Below are positions 1 to 9,842 of a stretch of DNA of 64,000 nt, piece after piece (position 1 is the stretch's first letter; each line of letters opens with the position of its first letter). The DNA is from Gemmatimonadota bacterium (GTDB lineage: Bacteria; Gemmatimonadota; Gemmatimonadetes; Gemmatimonadales; Gemmatimonadaceae). Position numbers and translations under genes: made by a program. Under the pieces are notes generated by a model. That model was not told the origin of the DNA, ran no database searches, and saw only the letters and a list, made by a program, of their open reading frames with translations. The stretch spans positions 138,100 to 202,099 of the forward strand of contig JAZJZK010000006.1 of assembly GCA_040389905.1 (NCBI GenBank). The letters are read 5' to 3'.

Positions 1-1632
1 GCATCGGCGACGTCAAAGAGCGCGTCGAGCATAACCATCTCGTTCACGAGCACCGCGGGTGACGCGAGCTACGACGTCGAGCGCGCGGAGGGCGCCGCCG
101 GCACCTTTGCGGCGGTCACGAACCTCCCCGCCCCTGCCGCTGCTGGCACGGTGACATACACCGACAACGGGCTCACGGCCAACACGAGCTATCGCTATCA
201 CATCATCACAAACAAGGGTGGCCTGAAGAGTGTTGCATCGAGTGATTTGACGATTGCCACGCTGCCGTTTGGCAACGCGGCCGCGTCAATCACGACGGAT
301 ATCACAGCAAGCCGCACCTTGTTCGCGGATACCGCGTACACGCTCACGGGCTTCATTCACGTCGCCAACGGCGCGACGTTGACGATTCAGCCAGGGACGA
401 CGATCAAAGGCGACTTCAATACCCTCGGCTCCATGCTTCTCGTTATGCGTGGCGCCAAGATTCAGGCGGTCGGCACGGCGGCGGCGCCTATCGTGTTCAC
501 GTCATCGCGGGCGCCTGGGTCCCGTCAGCCAGGAGACTGGGGCGGCCTGGTCATCATCGGAAACGCGATCAACAGTCGCAGCGGTAGCGTAGCCGTCGAA
601 GGCACGGGGACGGACGGGACAGCCGTTGTTGGCGGAAAGAACTACACCGTCATTTACAACGGTGGAACCACGCCAACCGACAATTCGGGAACGTTGAGCT
701 ATGTGCGAGTCGAGTTCGCGGGTTATGCGCCGATTCAGGACAACGAGTTCAATGCCTTCACCTTTGGCGCCATCGGCTCCGGTACTCGCGCATCGTATCT
801 CGAGGCGCTTAACGGCCTGGACGACTCCTACGAATTCTTCGGCGGTGGATTTGACCTGGATCACCTGGTGGCGTTCGAAACGGCCGATGACATTCTCGAC
901 ATGTCCGAGGGCTTCCAGGGCCGCATTCAGTTCGTCGTGGCGCAGAACACGGTACGGCTCACGCCCCGTACGGGTGCCGGCTTCTATTCAACGGACGCCG
1001 AAGGCATCGAGAACGACGGATGCGCTGGTACCGGCTGCGATCTTGGCTTCGATTCAACGCCCTTTACTCTTCCACTGGTCGCGAACTTCACCTTGATCGG
1101 CTGCGGTGACCTGAACTGCACGGGTTCTGGCGGCGGACACGGGATGATGATTCGGCGCGGATCGGGCGGATACTATGTCAATGGCGTGATCGCCCGCTTC
1201 CCAGCCGACGGCATTTCGCTCCGCGACGCAGCGACGTACGTCCGCGCGGGATCTGTGGCGGCGCCTGCCGCAACTGCGGACTTGCAGATCAGAAATGTTG
1301 TATTCGCCGAAACGAACGGGCTTATCTTTCAGGCGCCATCGGCAACCCAGTTCGCCTTCGATGCAGCCGCCAATAGCCTCATTCTGAGCACGTCGACTGC
1401 GGCGTCGTTGTTCACCGCCATCCCAGCGGTTGGCGGGTCGCCAACGAGCATCGCTGCGTTCGACTTTACGCCCGTCGCCGGATCCGCGATCGCATCGGGC
1501 GGGTTGGCCACGTTTACGGGTGCACTGGCGACAAAGGCGGGAACCGTCGTGACAGGTACTACCTACGTGGGCGGTGTTGCACCCGGGGGAACCAAGTGGT
1601 TCCTGGGCTGGACGAATTACGCTCGCAACTAG
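1..1632 (+). CDS. Secreted/surface protein with N-terminal fibronectin type III domain and beta-helix-like repeat region (5' partial)
   Basis: Frame is open from base 1 (ASATSKSASSITISF...YDVERAEG...YTDNGLTANTSYRY = FN3 pattern). Followed by GDWGGLVIIG, NSGTLSYVRVEFAG and DDSYEFFGG motifs and a W..GWT C-terminus typical of a widespread surface lipoprotein family. Confidence 0.8.
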   Translation, partial: ASATSKSASSITISFTSTAGDASYDVERAEGAAGTFAAVTNLPAPAAAGTVTYTDNGLTANTSYRYHIITNKGGLKSVASSDLTIATLPFGNAAASITTDITASRTLFADTAYTLTGFIHVANGATLTIQPGTTIKGDFNTLGSMLLVMRGAKIQAVGTAAAPIVFTSSRAPGSRQPGDWGGLVIIGNAINSRSGSVAVEGTGTDGTAVVGGKNYTVIYNGGTTPTDNSGTLSYVRVEFAGYAPIQDNEFNAFTFGAIGSGTRASYLEALNGLDDSYEFFGGGFDLDHLVAFETADDILDMSEGFQGRIQFVVAQNTVRLTPRTGAGFYSTDAEGIENDGCAGTGCDLGFDSTPFTLPLVANFTLIGCGDLNCTGSGGGHGMMIRRGSGGYYVNGVIARFPADGISLRDAATYVRAGSVAAPAATADLQIRNVVFAETNGLIFQAPSATQFAFDAAANSLILSTSTAASLFTAIPAVGGSPTSIAAFDFTPVAGSAIASGGLATFTGALATKAGTVVTGTTYVGGVAPGGTKWFLGWTNYARN

Positions 1633-1719
1633 CCGTCTCTACTGGACCAACTGGCCGGCGTCCTTCCGGGGCGCCGGCCAGTTTGCACACCTCAGCGCAA
1701 TCCCGACATAATTCACGAC

Positions 1720-2391
1720 ATGAACATCTCGTTTTTTCGCGGTGCAACCGTGGTCGTCTCGCTCATTTGTGCGGGGTGCGTATCGAGCGAGCAGCGTACA
1801 GCGCAATCGATGGCCGATTCCGTGGTCGTGGATTCGATCGCGCGAGCACGGCAGGACTCCGTCAACCGCGCGCAACCGGGATACATCATTGACTCCATCT
1901 TGCCTCCCGAAGAAGAACTGCGCCGCTTTCGGGAGGCGTTTCCGGGTGAGCGGCCCCAGGCCTTCCAGAGTGGGAGTCCGACGCGCGAGGCGCTGGTCCG
2001 TCGGTTCCTGCGCGCGTTGGCCGCGAACGACACCGCTGACTTGCGGGCGATGGCGGTGCACGCACGCGAGTTCTCGGACCTTTACTATCCGGACTCGCCA
2101 TACTCGCACCCACCCTATCGCCAACCACTGTCATTCGCGTGGCGCCGTATTCAGCAGCCGAGCGACGCGGGTTTCACGAGACTGCTTCGCCGTCTCGGCG
2201 GAACGCCCCTGCGCTTCGTCAGTGAGATGTGTGACCCCAAGGTACTGCATGAGGGCCGGACGACACGCTACGCCGGTTGCCTCGTGCGAGTTGTGAGCGG
2301 TGTGGCGGACACGGCGACGAGGCGCTACTACGGTTCAATCGTGGAGCGCGACGGTCATTTCAAGTTCCTCAGCTACACCAATGACTTCTGA
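1720..2391 (+). CDS. Hypothetical lipoprotein
   Basis: 223 aa ORF with hydrophobic N-terminus and lipobox-like AGC. Co-oriented with neighbours and overlaps the pstS start. Confidence 0.7.
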   Translation: MNISFFRGATVVVSLICAGCVSSEQRTAQSMADSVVVDSIARARQDSVNRAQPGYIIDSILPPEEELRRFREAFPGERPQAFQSGSPTREALVRRFLRALAANDTADLRAMAVHAREFSDLYYPDSPYSHPPYRQPLSFAWRRIQQPSDAGFTRLLRRLGGTPLRFVSEMCDPKVLHEGRTTRYAGCLVRVVSGVADTATRRYYGSIVERDGHFKFLSYTNDF

Positions 2392-3418
2392 GCCGCGCGT
2401 GGGGCTGCGATTGGCCGTCGTCGCGATTGCATCGACGATCGTGGTGTCCTGTTCTGGTGGAGCGGACAGCAGCCGCCACCCGGAAGTGAATCTTACGGGC
2501 GCAGGAGCGACGTTTCCATATCCGCTCTATCGGGCGTGGTTTTCCGAGTATGGTGCTCAAGCAAATGTTCGCATCAACTACTTCTCCGTCGGATCGGCCG
2601 AAGGACTTCGGCTCCTGTCACAGGGCGACGTGGACTTCGGTGCGACCGACCGGCCGATGCGGTTGACCGCAGGGGATGCGGCTTGCGGACGAGTGGCCAT
2701 TCCAACGGTGATCGGACCAATTGCCGTTGCGTACAATTTGCCTCGCTTGGGCACCGAGCAATCTCTCCAGGTGGATGCTCGTCTGCTGTCAAACATCTAT
2801 TCCGGGCGCGTCAGGCGGTGGAATGACGAGGGAATCAGAAAGCTGAACCCAGGGGTTTTGCTGCCGTCGATGCCGATTGTGGTGGTTCACCGAGCAAACG
2901 GAAGCGGCACCGGCCGCGCATTCAGCAGCTACCTTGCGACGTCCGGATCGTGGGGGAGTGCCGTTGGGGATACGGCTGACGCAAAATGGCCCGTCGGACT
3001 TGCGGCTGAGGGAAACGAGGGGGTGGCCACAGAGGTAAAGGTGACCGTGGGTGCGATCGGCTACATGGAACTCGCGTACGCCAGACTGAACCGGCTGTCC
3101 ATCGCCGCGGTTCGTACGCCAGACCGCGGCTACCAGCTTCCAGGTCGCGAGTCGCCGGACTATCCAATCACGGCGCGCACGCTACTTGTTATCGACGCAA
3201 CACATGTGTCCAACGAGCGAGGTAGCGCCTTGGTGTCGTTCATCCGTTGGGCTCTTCGGCATGGAGCGAGCCAGGCACAGGCGATGGAGTACACGACGTT
3301 GCCGCCGGACACCATCGCCCACTATGACTCCGTGCTCACCGCCCTTCAGTTCGGAAAAGGCGCGGTTACTGGCTGCGCGGCGTCGGGGAAGGCGGCAACG
3401 AGCGGACGCGGGTCTTGA
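2381..3418 (+). CDS. pstS: Phosphate ABC transporter substrate-binding protein
   Basis: GAGATFPYPLY, Y.SVGS..G, DFGATD, HR..GSGT, GNEGV, GAIGY.EL and YPI motifs. Start moved to ATG 2381. Confidence 0.9.
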   Translation: MTSEPRVGLRLAVVAIASTIVVSCSGGADSSRHPEVNLTGAGATFPYPLYRAWFSEYGAQANVRINYFSVGSAEGLRLLSQGDVDFGATDRPMRLTAGDAACGRVAIPTVIGPIAVAYNLPRLGTEQSLQVDARLLSNIYSGRVRRWNDEGIRKLNPGVLLPSMPIVVVHRANGSGTGRAFSSYLATSGSWGSAVGDTADAKWPVGLAAEGNEGVATEVKVTVGAIGYMELAYARLNRLSIAAVRTPDRGYQLPGRESPDYPITARTLLVIDATHVSNERGSALVSFIRWALRHGASQAQAMEYTTLPPDTIAHYDSVLTALQFGKGAVTGCAASGKAATSGRGS

Positions 3419-4178
3419 ACGTCTGGTAGTTCTTCGAATCGGTGGGTAGTGAGCGGATGATCGCGGGGTCGTAGCCTGCGATCATCGCCTTGGTCACCGC
3501 GATGCGATCCTCTTCCATCGGGTGCGTCGCAAACCATCCTTCGACGGCCGAAGGATTCGACGTCCGTTCATTGATCAGGATCTGGAACATCTCGGGGATG
3601 CCGTTCGGGCTGATGCCGGCGCGGATCGTGTTCCGGACGCCCTCTTCGTCGGCTTCGGTTTCGTCGGAGCGGCTGAAGCGCGCGAAGAGCGCTGTTCCAC
3701 CCACCTGAATCGCAGCCTGACCCGCCTGGCTGTTGCAGACGCTCGTGAGCACGCAGGCGAGCGTGACGCCGATGTTCGCGCCCTGCTGCTGCTGCATCTG
3801 CTTGATCGAATGGCGTCGGACCACGTGACCAATCTCGTGACCGAGTACGCCCGCCAGCTGATCCATGCGCTGGGTGCGTTCGACGAGCCCACGATTCACG
3901 TAGATGAAGCCACCGGGGACCGCGAAGGCATTGACCTCCTTCGAATCCACCATGTAGAACTTCCACGCGCCCGCCTCGGTGAGGTCGGTCCGCGAGGTGA
4001 GGCGGGCGATGGAATCGCCGATCACATTGATGTACCGGTTGATCTCCGGGTCGCCCACAATTGGAAGCTGCTGGTTGATCTGCGCCGAATACTGCGCGCC
4101 CATATCGACTTCTTGTTGCGTCGAGACGCCACAGGCCGTCACAGATACCGCGAGCGCCACCGTCAGAATGCGTTTCAT
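3366..4178 (-). CDS. M48 family zinc metalloprotease lipoprotein (BepA/LoiP-like)
   Basis: Lipobox VTAC, NAFAVPGG, HEIGH, E.EAD and THP motifs. Confidence 0.92.
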   Translation of the reverse strand: MKRILTVALAVSVTACGVSTQQEVDMGAQYSAQINQQLPIVGDPEINRYINVIGDSIARLTSRTDLTEAGAWKFYMVDSKEVNAFAVPGGFIYVNRGLVERTQRMDQLAGVLGHEIGHVVRRHSIKQMQQQQGANIGVTLACVLTSVCNSQAGQAAIQVGGTALFARFSRSDETEADEEGVRNTIRAGISPNGIPEMFQILINERTSNPSAVEGWFATHPMEEDRIAVTKAMIAGYDPAIIRSLPTDSKNYQTFKTRVRSLPPSPTPRSQ

Positions 4179-4233
4179 TGTCTCTCTCGTCTAAGCGTTC
4201 ACACACACCCTTTGCAAGAGCCATTCCCCGTAC

Positions 4234-5010
4234 GTGGGAAATGCTAACATATTGAAACTGCTCACTTTAGCACGTGACATCCAGCGCCGAAAAGCGCGAG
4301 AAAAACTCGGCCTTTTCGCGGCGGAAGGCGTGCGGACCGTCGAGGAGCTCACGCGGTCGCGCGTTCCCATCCGGGGCGTGCTCGTTTCTCCACAGCTTGC
4401 CGACGCGCCGCGCGGTCTTGCGCTCCTTGGCATGCTTCGCACCGCGGGCGTGGAAACGGTCGAGGTGACCGCCGCCGAGTTTGCGAGCGCCGCCGAGACG
4501 GAGTCCCCACAGGGGGTGCTGGCGTTGGGGCAGATTCCTGAGGCGCGACTCGAGGCGCTCGCGCTGCCTCCCGTCGCGCGAATCGTTGTGCTGGACGCCG
4601 TCCAGGATCCGGGAAATGCCGGGACTATCCTGAGGACAGCAGCGGCGCTCGGCGCCGCCGGCGTCGCGGCAATGCCGGGAACCGTTGACCTATGGAACGC
4701 CAAGGTCGTCCGTAGTGCGATGGGGGCCAGCTTTCACCTCCCGGTGCTCTCTGCCACGTGGACCGAGCTCGACGATTACCGGACGACACACAACTTAACA
4801 CTCTGGGGCGCCGACGTCGGGGGCCCTGCACTCGAGTCCCTCGTTCCACCTGCCCGACTCGGCCTGATCGTGGGCAACGAAGGTGGTGGGCTCTCGGGTG
4901 ACGCGCGCGCACGGGTCGACAGTCTCGCCTCGTTGCCCATCGGATCGATCGTGGAATCTCTGAACGTCGCCGTTGCGACGGGCATCTTTCTCTACCAGTT
5001 GCGCACGTGA
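4234..5010 (+). CDS. TrmH/SpoU family RNA methyltransferase
   Basis: LDAVQDPGNAGTILRTA, RSAMGA, GNEG.G and ESLNVAVA motifs. Exact start uncertain (GTG 4234 or TTG 4252). Confidence 0.93.
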   Translation: MGNANILKLLTLARDIQRRKAREKLGLFAAEGVRTVEELTRSRVPIRGVLVSPQLADAPRGLALLGMLRTAGVETVEVTAAEFASAAETESPQGVLALGQIPEARLEALALPPVARIVVLDAVQDPGNAGTILRTAAALGAAGVAAMPGTVDLWNAKVVRSAMGASFHLPVLSATWTELDDYRTTHNLTLWGADVGGPALESLVPPARLGLIVGNEGGGLSGDARARVDSLASLPIGSIVESLNVAVATGIFLYQLRT

Positions 5011-5864
5011 CCCTATCTACTCTCGCGACCGTCTACGCCTTCCTCGTCGGACTGTGCGTCGGATCATTCCTCAACGTCTGTGTCGCCCGGTGGCCGCGCG
5101 AAATGAGCGTGGTTCGACCTCGTTCGCGGTGCCCCTCCTGCGGCCACCAACTCTCCTGGTTCGAGAACATTCCGCTCTTCAGCTGGCTCGTGCTGCGCGC
5201 CAAATGCCGCTGCTGCGAGGAGCCCATTTCGTGGATCTATCCATTCGGTGAGTTGACGATCGGGATCATGTGGGCGGTGTGTGTGTCGCAGTTCGGTCCG
5301 TCATTTACCGCCGTGCGCGTCGCCGTGTTCCTCACGATCCTGACCGGCGTCGCGATGACGGATCTGCGCCACTACCTGATTCCTGATGGTTTCACCGTGA
5401 CCGGGCTGCTCTGGACGCTTGCCACGGCGCTCGTCGGTGTGTTCTTCTACGAGACGACCCTCTTCGCCGGACCGTACGATGCGCTCATCGGTGCGTGCGC
5501 CGGTGCCGGTCTCATCGCGATCATCGGCTGGCTGGGTGAGGCCGCCCTCAAGCGCGAAGCGATGGGGATGGGCGACATGACGCTCATGGCGTTCGTCGGG
5601 GCGGCGCTTGGGCCGTCCCGCTCCATCGCCACGATCTTCCTCGGCGCGACGATCGGCGCCGTCACGTTTCTCTTCGTTGTGTATCCGATCGCGTTTCTTC
5701 GCCGCGACCGTGTGATCCAGCAGACCGAACTGGCGCTCGGAGGCTCCACGGCCGCTCCAGTGGAACTGCCTCTCGTGCCCTTCGGTGTCTTCCTCGCCCC
5801 CGCAGCGGTTATCATGCTGTTCTGGGGAGACGTCATACTGGCTAAACTGTTTCCAGCGTTTTGA
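5007..5864 (+). CDS. pilD: Prepilin peptidase (A24)
   Basis: GSFLNV, RSRCPSC...CRCC zinc site, D...Y.IPD, MG.GD and PFG.FL motifs. GTGA overlap with the upstream gene. Confidence 0.92.
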   Translation: MTLSTLATVYAFLVGLCVGSFLNVCVARWPREMSVVRPRSRCPSCGHQLSWFENIPLFSWLVLRAKCRCCEEPISWIYPFGELTIGIMWAVCVSQFGPSFTAVRVAVFLTILTGVAMTDLRHYLIPDGFTVTGLLWTLATALVGVFFYETTLFAGPYDALIGACAGAGLIAIIGWLGEAALKREAMGMGDMTLMAFVGAALGPSRSIATIFLGATIGAVTFLFVVYPIAFLRRDRVIQQTELALGGSTAAPVELPLVPFGVFLAPAAVIMLFWGDVILAKLFPAF

Positions 5865-5888
5865 CGTGGGGATCCGACGGAGAGGCGA

Positions 5889-7160
5889 ATGGCAAGGATG
5901 AACGTGCGCGTGATCGGGGCAGTGATCGTCGTCGTGGCGGCTGCTGCCTTTGTGCTGAGCCGAGGCAATGCCGTCGGAGGTGGTCCATTCGCGAAGGAGC
6001 TTGCGGATGCCATTCCGCGCATTGAGGAATCCACGGGGCTGAAGTTCAAACAACCGCCGCGCCTGGAGGTCCGCACCAAGGAGCAGGTGCGCGATTTCCT
6101 GCTCAAGAAGTTCGACGAGTCCACGCCATCCAAGGAGATCACCGGCGAAGAGTCCGCATACAAGTTGCTCGGACTGATTCCCGACGCGATGGATCTGCGA
6201 AAGTTTTTCATTTCCGTGCTGACGGAGCAGGTGATCGGCTACTACGACCCGGCGGCCAAGTCGCTGTACATCGTGGATGGAGCGGACGAGAAGGCGGTGG
6301 GGATCACCATCACGCACGAGCTTGTCCATGCGTTGCAGGACCAGTACGTCAATCTGGATTCGATCCAGAAGTCATCGTCGGACAATGACCGGCTGAGTGC
6401 CGCGCAGGCGGTCATCGAAGGGCAGGCGATGTTCGAGCAGTTGTCGATCATGGCGGGGGGCCCGAGAAACATTGCGCTGCGCGTCGGGGGGCGCGACCGC
6501 ATTCGCGAAATGATTCGCGAGAACCAGAGTGCGCAGCCGATCTTTGCGACGGCGCCCATGGTGATCCAGGAGTCGCTGTTGTTTCCATATCTGAGTGGTG
6601 CGGACTACGTGCAGCGCTTCAAGGAGAAGCGCGGCAATGCGAACCCGCTGGCGAAGGCTCCGCTGTCGACCGAGCAGATCATGCACACGGACGCCTACTT
6701 CGGTGCGACGCCCGACGAGCCGACGACCGTGGTGCTGCCACCGGTGCGCGGAGCGACGAACACGTACGAGAACGACATGGGCGAGTTCGGCACTCGCCTC
6801 TTTCTCTATCAGCACCTCAAGGACGAGGTGACCTCAGCACGCGCGGCGACAGGGTGGGACGGCGACAAGTTCGCGATCGTGCAGGCGGGAACCGGGAAGA
6901 AAGGAATCGTGTGGGTGACGGTCTGGGACTCGACGCTCGAGGCAGCCGAGTTCTCCGATGCGCTCATTCGGGCGGCGGGCCGGTTCACGGGCATGCAGGA
7001 GCGGCGCGAGGCGGCGGGCGGTGCGACGTTCCGCCCGAAGGGGCGGACAACATCGATTTCGACTCGGCTCGTTGATGGACGGGCGATCGTGATCTACACC
7101 GACCTGCCGGATGGAATGGCCAATGTGATCGATCCGGCAGGCATCAAGCTCAAGTCTTGA
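5889..7160 (+). CDS. Membrane-anchored putative zinc metallopeptidase-like protein
   Basis: N-terminal TM segment, GYYDP, HELVHALQDQ, downstream EG.A, FPY..G and GWDGD motifs. Confidence 0.75.
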   Translation: MARMNVRVIGAVIVVVAAAAFVLSRGNAVGGGPFAKELADAIPRIEESTGLKFKQPPRLEVRTKEQVRDFLLKKFDESTPSKEITGEESAYKLLGLIPDAMDLRKFFISVLTEQVIGYYDPAAKSLYIVDGADEKAVGITITHELVHALQDQYVNLDSIQKSSSDNDRLSAAQAVIEGQAMFEQLSIMAGGPRNIALRVGGRDRIREMIRENQSAQPIFATAPMVIQESLLFPYLSGADYVQRFKEKRGNANPLAKAPLSTEQIMHTDAYFGATPDEPTTVVLPPVRGATNTYENDMGEFGTRLFLYQHLKDEVTSARAATGWDGDKFAIVQAGTGKKGIVWVTVWDSTLEAAEFSDALIRAAGRFTGMQERREAAGGATFRPKGRTTSISTRLVDGRAIVIYTDLPDGMANVIDPAGIKLKS

Positions 7161-7352
7161 GCTAGAGCTCGAGCTGAAGGTGAGCTTTGAGCTTGAGCAT
7201 GAGCTTGAGATTGAGCCTCCAGCAATGAGCTAATCAGAGCTCGAGCGAGAGCTTTGAGCACGAGCTCAAGCTCTGAGCTGCTCATTGCTCGAAGCTCACG
7301 CTCCCGCTCGCGCTCCCGCTCATAGCTCACTCTTGAGCTCGTGCTCAAGCTG
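7156..7352. repeat. GAGC-hexamer element copy A (two arms in inverted orientation)
   Basis: Left half is GAGCNN runs and right half is GCTC runs. 21-bp core (1 mismatch) on the minus strand at 7270-7290. Lies between convergent genes. Confidence 0.9.
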
Positions 7353-7359
7353 AAAGGGC

Positions 7360-7929
7360 CTATGGAAAAAGCGTGCAGGTAATGGAAGCTCGTCGAATCG
7401 AGTGTCCGCCGGTTTCACTGTCGTCGGACCAATAGACGAGATTCCGGCCCGCCACGCACTCCGACTGCGGTGAGATGGCGAACCCTTCGTTGTTCAGGTT
7501 TGGCATCGATGCCGGGCGGCTGAACTGATGGGTGACGAGGAAGGCATCCGGAATCCACGTGATGCCTTCGACGCCGAGGTTGGCACCCGTGACCGGAAGG
7601 TCGGCGGTCAGGTTCCACTCGTTCGTTGCATTGAGCGACGTCGCGCTGCCGCTCGGATCGAAGCGGAGAATGCTGTTCCTGCTAACGGCATTGCTGGCGT
7701 TGTTGCGCTCGGACACGATGTAGAGGCCCGCGGCGGAGCCCGTGGTGTAGGTGATGTCCTCGGTATCCGGTTCGCCGGTGTCCGCTGCGCCGTGTATCGG
7801 ACGATCCGGCTCGAGTTCCACCGACGTGGCACAGGGTGGTGGCAGATGCACCGAATACGCGCAGTACGGGCAATCCCACAGCGCAAGCGTGCGTTGCGAT
7901 AGCGTGTGATGGCAAGTCGGACATTTCAT
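7360..7929 (-). pseudogene. Degraded remnant of a secreted beta-propeller-like protein (SdiA-regulated/phytase-like type) fused to a short Cys-rich N-terminus
   Basis: Fragments PDTEDIT, SRNSILRFDP, EWNLTADLP..GANLG.EGITWIPD and NNEGFAI..QSEC...YWSDD are recognisable, but no signal peptide is present and the GITWIPD and NNEGF blocks nearly abut. Confidence 0.55.
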
Positions 7930-7957
7930 GCGTGGAAGGTGACGCTCACAGCCCACG

Positions 7958-9142
7958 TCAGCAGCACAAGCTGGTCGCGGTCCGGTAACGGCGCACACCC
8001 GCGAGGGAGGCCGTCGCGGGGTAACGCACGCACTCGTACACAGCGATCAGTTGCTCCGTAACGACATCCCAATCGAAGTCTGCAGCGCGCCGCAACGAGG
8101 CGGCGGCGAGATGTCGACGCCCGTGCGGATCACCGGCATTCGCGTGAATGAGGCGCGCAAGCGCATGTCCTTTTCCCGCGACGTAGAACTCACCCGCGTC
8201 GCCAAGGACTTCGCGCGATGAAACGGTGTCTGCGGCGAGCACGGGCAACGCGCTCGCCATTGCCTCGATGAGAACGTTGCCGAAGGTATCCGTCGTCGAC
8301 GGAAAGACGAACATGTCCGCCGACGCAAAGAACATCGCGACGTCGTCGCCCTCCAGCCTTCCCGCGAAGAAACAGTTCGCCGGAGCTCTCCGCCGGCACT
8401 CGTCGAGAAACGGGCCGTCGCCGGCGAACGCAAAGACAATCCGCCGGTTGGAATGATGTAGCTCGCCGGCCGCCTCGAGCATGTCCTCGAGTCCCTTCTC
8501 CTTCGCGATCCGGCCGACATATGCGACGATGAGGTCACCGTCGTTCGCGCCGACACGCAGGCGCATGACGCGCGAGCGCTTGGCGCTCGTGAATCGCGTG
8601 CGATCGACGCCGCGTCCCCACACGCTCACGCGCTCGAAGCCATGCGATTCGAGCTCCGTCTGCACGGCGTGTGTTGGGGCCAGCGTTCGCAGCCCGGAAT
8701 TATGGAACCACCGAAGGTAGCGCCAGGCGGCGCCGTGCAGCGGCCCGAGACCATAGTAGCGAGCGTATGCGGCGAACGACGTGTGGTACGACGTGACGCA
8801 CGGCAACCCAAGTCTTCGTGCGGCGCTGCGCGCCGCGAGCCCGACGCCGAACGGTGTGGCGATGTGCACGATCGACGGCCGAAAGCGCGCGAGCTCGTGC
8901 GCAATGGTTGCCGCGTGCGGCGCGGCAAGCCGAAGCTCACCGTAGAGCGGGCACGCGATGCTCGGATATCGCACGACATCGCTCGACGCCGGCGCTCGCG
9001 GGTCTGTTGTCGTGAAGACGCGAACGGCGCCGCCACGTTGCCGAATGGCACCGGCGACGCGAGCCAGCGTGCGCGCAACGCCGTTCATCTGCGGCGCATA
9101 GGTGTCGGTGAACAGCGCGACGCGCAGCTCAGAGACTGGCAT
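7958..9142 (-). CDS. GT4 glycosyltransferase (MgtA/PimB-like subfamily)
   Basis: FTDTY.PQ.NGV, SYHT.F..Y, WGRGVD, YVGR...EKG and FPS..DTFG...IEA motifs. Start at ATG 9142. Confidence 0.92.
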   Translation of the reverse strand: MPVSELRVALFTDTYAPQMNGVARTLARVAGAIRQRGGAVRVFTTTDPRAPASSDVVRYPSIACPLYGELRLAAPHAATIAHELARFRPSIVHIATPFGVGLAARSAARRLGLPCVTSYHTSFAAYARYYGLGPLHGAAWRYLRWFHNSGLRTLAPTHAVQTELESHGFERVSVWGRGVDRTRFTSAKRSRVMRLRVGANDGDLIVAYVGRIAKEKGLEDMLEAAGELHHSNRRIVFAFAGDGPFLDECRRRAPANCFFAGRLEGDDVAMFFASADMFVFPSTTDTFGNVLIEAMASALPVLAADTVSSREVLGDAGEFYVAGKGHALARLIHANAGDPHGRRHLAAASLRRAADFDWDVVTEQLIAVYECVRYPATASLAGVRRYRTATSLCC

Positions 9143-9842
9143 AGGTCCAGGGATAGTGAGCGGTGAGCCAGCGATCGAGCGTCGCTTCGATAGAGTGGCG
9201 GACATCCGTCGACACGAGGTCCTGCGGGTGCAACGCGACGCGCACGCACGGACTGGCTCGCTCGGCGTACCAGCGAAGCGCGGCGACCATCGACGATGCT
9301 TTCGCACGGAGGTGCGTTCTCGCGCTCCAGCGGGTCACGGGCGCCTCGATGAACATGGCGCGTTCGTGAAGGTGGACGTTGGACTCATCCTCGCTGAATC
9401 GCAGTCCGGCCGAGGCAACAACGGCGGGCAGGCCACGGTGCCCCAGCCATGCCGGTGGCACGAAGCCAATCGGCTCCAGGCCACATGCGCGCAGCGTCGC
9501 CGCGCCGCGCGAGATGCGTTCGTACGACTCGTCGCACGAGAGCGCGAGGAATTCACCTTCCGCATCCGTCCGCCCGAATGCGCGCAGTGAGTCGCGCACG
9601 CTCCGGTGACATTCGAATTCGTCGTGTCGCTCGCCGTGCAGAAACACTTCCGCGCCCGCGTCGGCGCGCTGCCGTATCCATGTGAGAAACGACAGTGAGC
9701 CACCAAGCGGCCATTGGCCGTGCCAATTCGGCACGACGAGCAGGGCGGGCTCGATCCGGCGTTCCGCGCAGATCGCCCAGAGCTCACGAACGCACTCGTC
9801 GTGCGCGGGTGTGACGTCGTGAATGGAGACGAGCAGTTTCAT
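9129..9842 (-). CDS. DUF2334 / polysaccharide deacetylase-like protein
   Basis: VSIHDVTP, LLVVP.WH, LHG..H, EGEF, GFVPPAW and R.ALHP.D motifs. ATGA overlap with the upstream GT. Confidence 0.85.
   Translation of the reverse strand: MKLLVSIHDVTPAHDECVRELWAICAERRIEPALLVVPNWHGQWPLGGSLSFLTWIRQRADAGAEVFLHGERHDEFECHRSVRDSLRAFGRTDAEGEFLALSCDESYERISRGAATLRACGLEPIGFVPPAWLGHRGLPAVVASAGLRFSEDESNVHLHERAMFIEAPVTRWSARTHLRAKASSMVAALRWYAERASPCVRVALHPQDLVSTDVRHSIEATLDRWLTAHYPWTYASL

Noticed and set aside
7094..7348. Low-complexity ORFs over the repeat tracts (also 14835-15044, 22594-22875, 35280-35846, 36352-36753, 63330-63731)
   Set aside because: The ERERE, AQAQA and SSS patterns are direct translations of the repeats, with no coding evidence.
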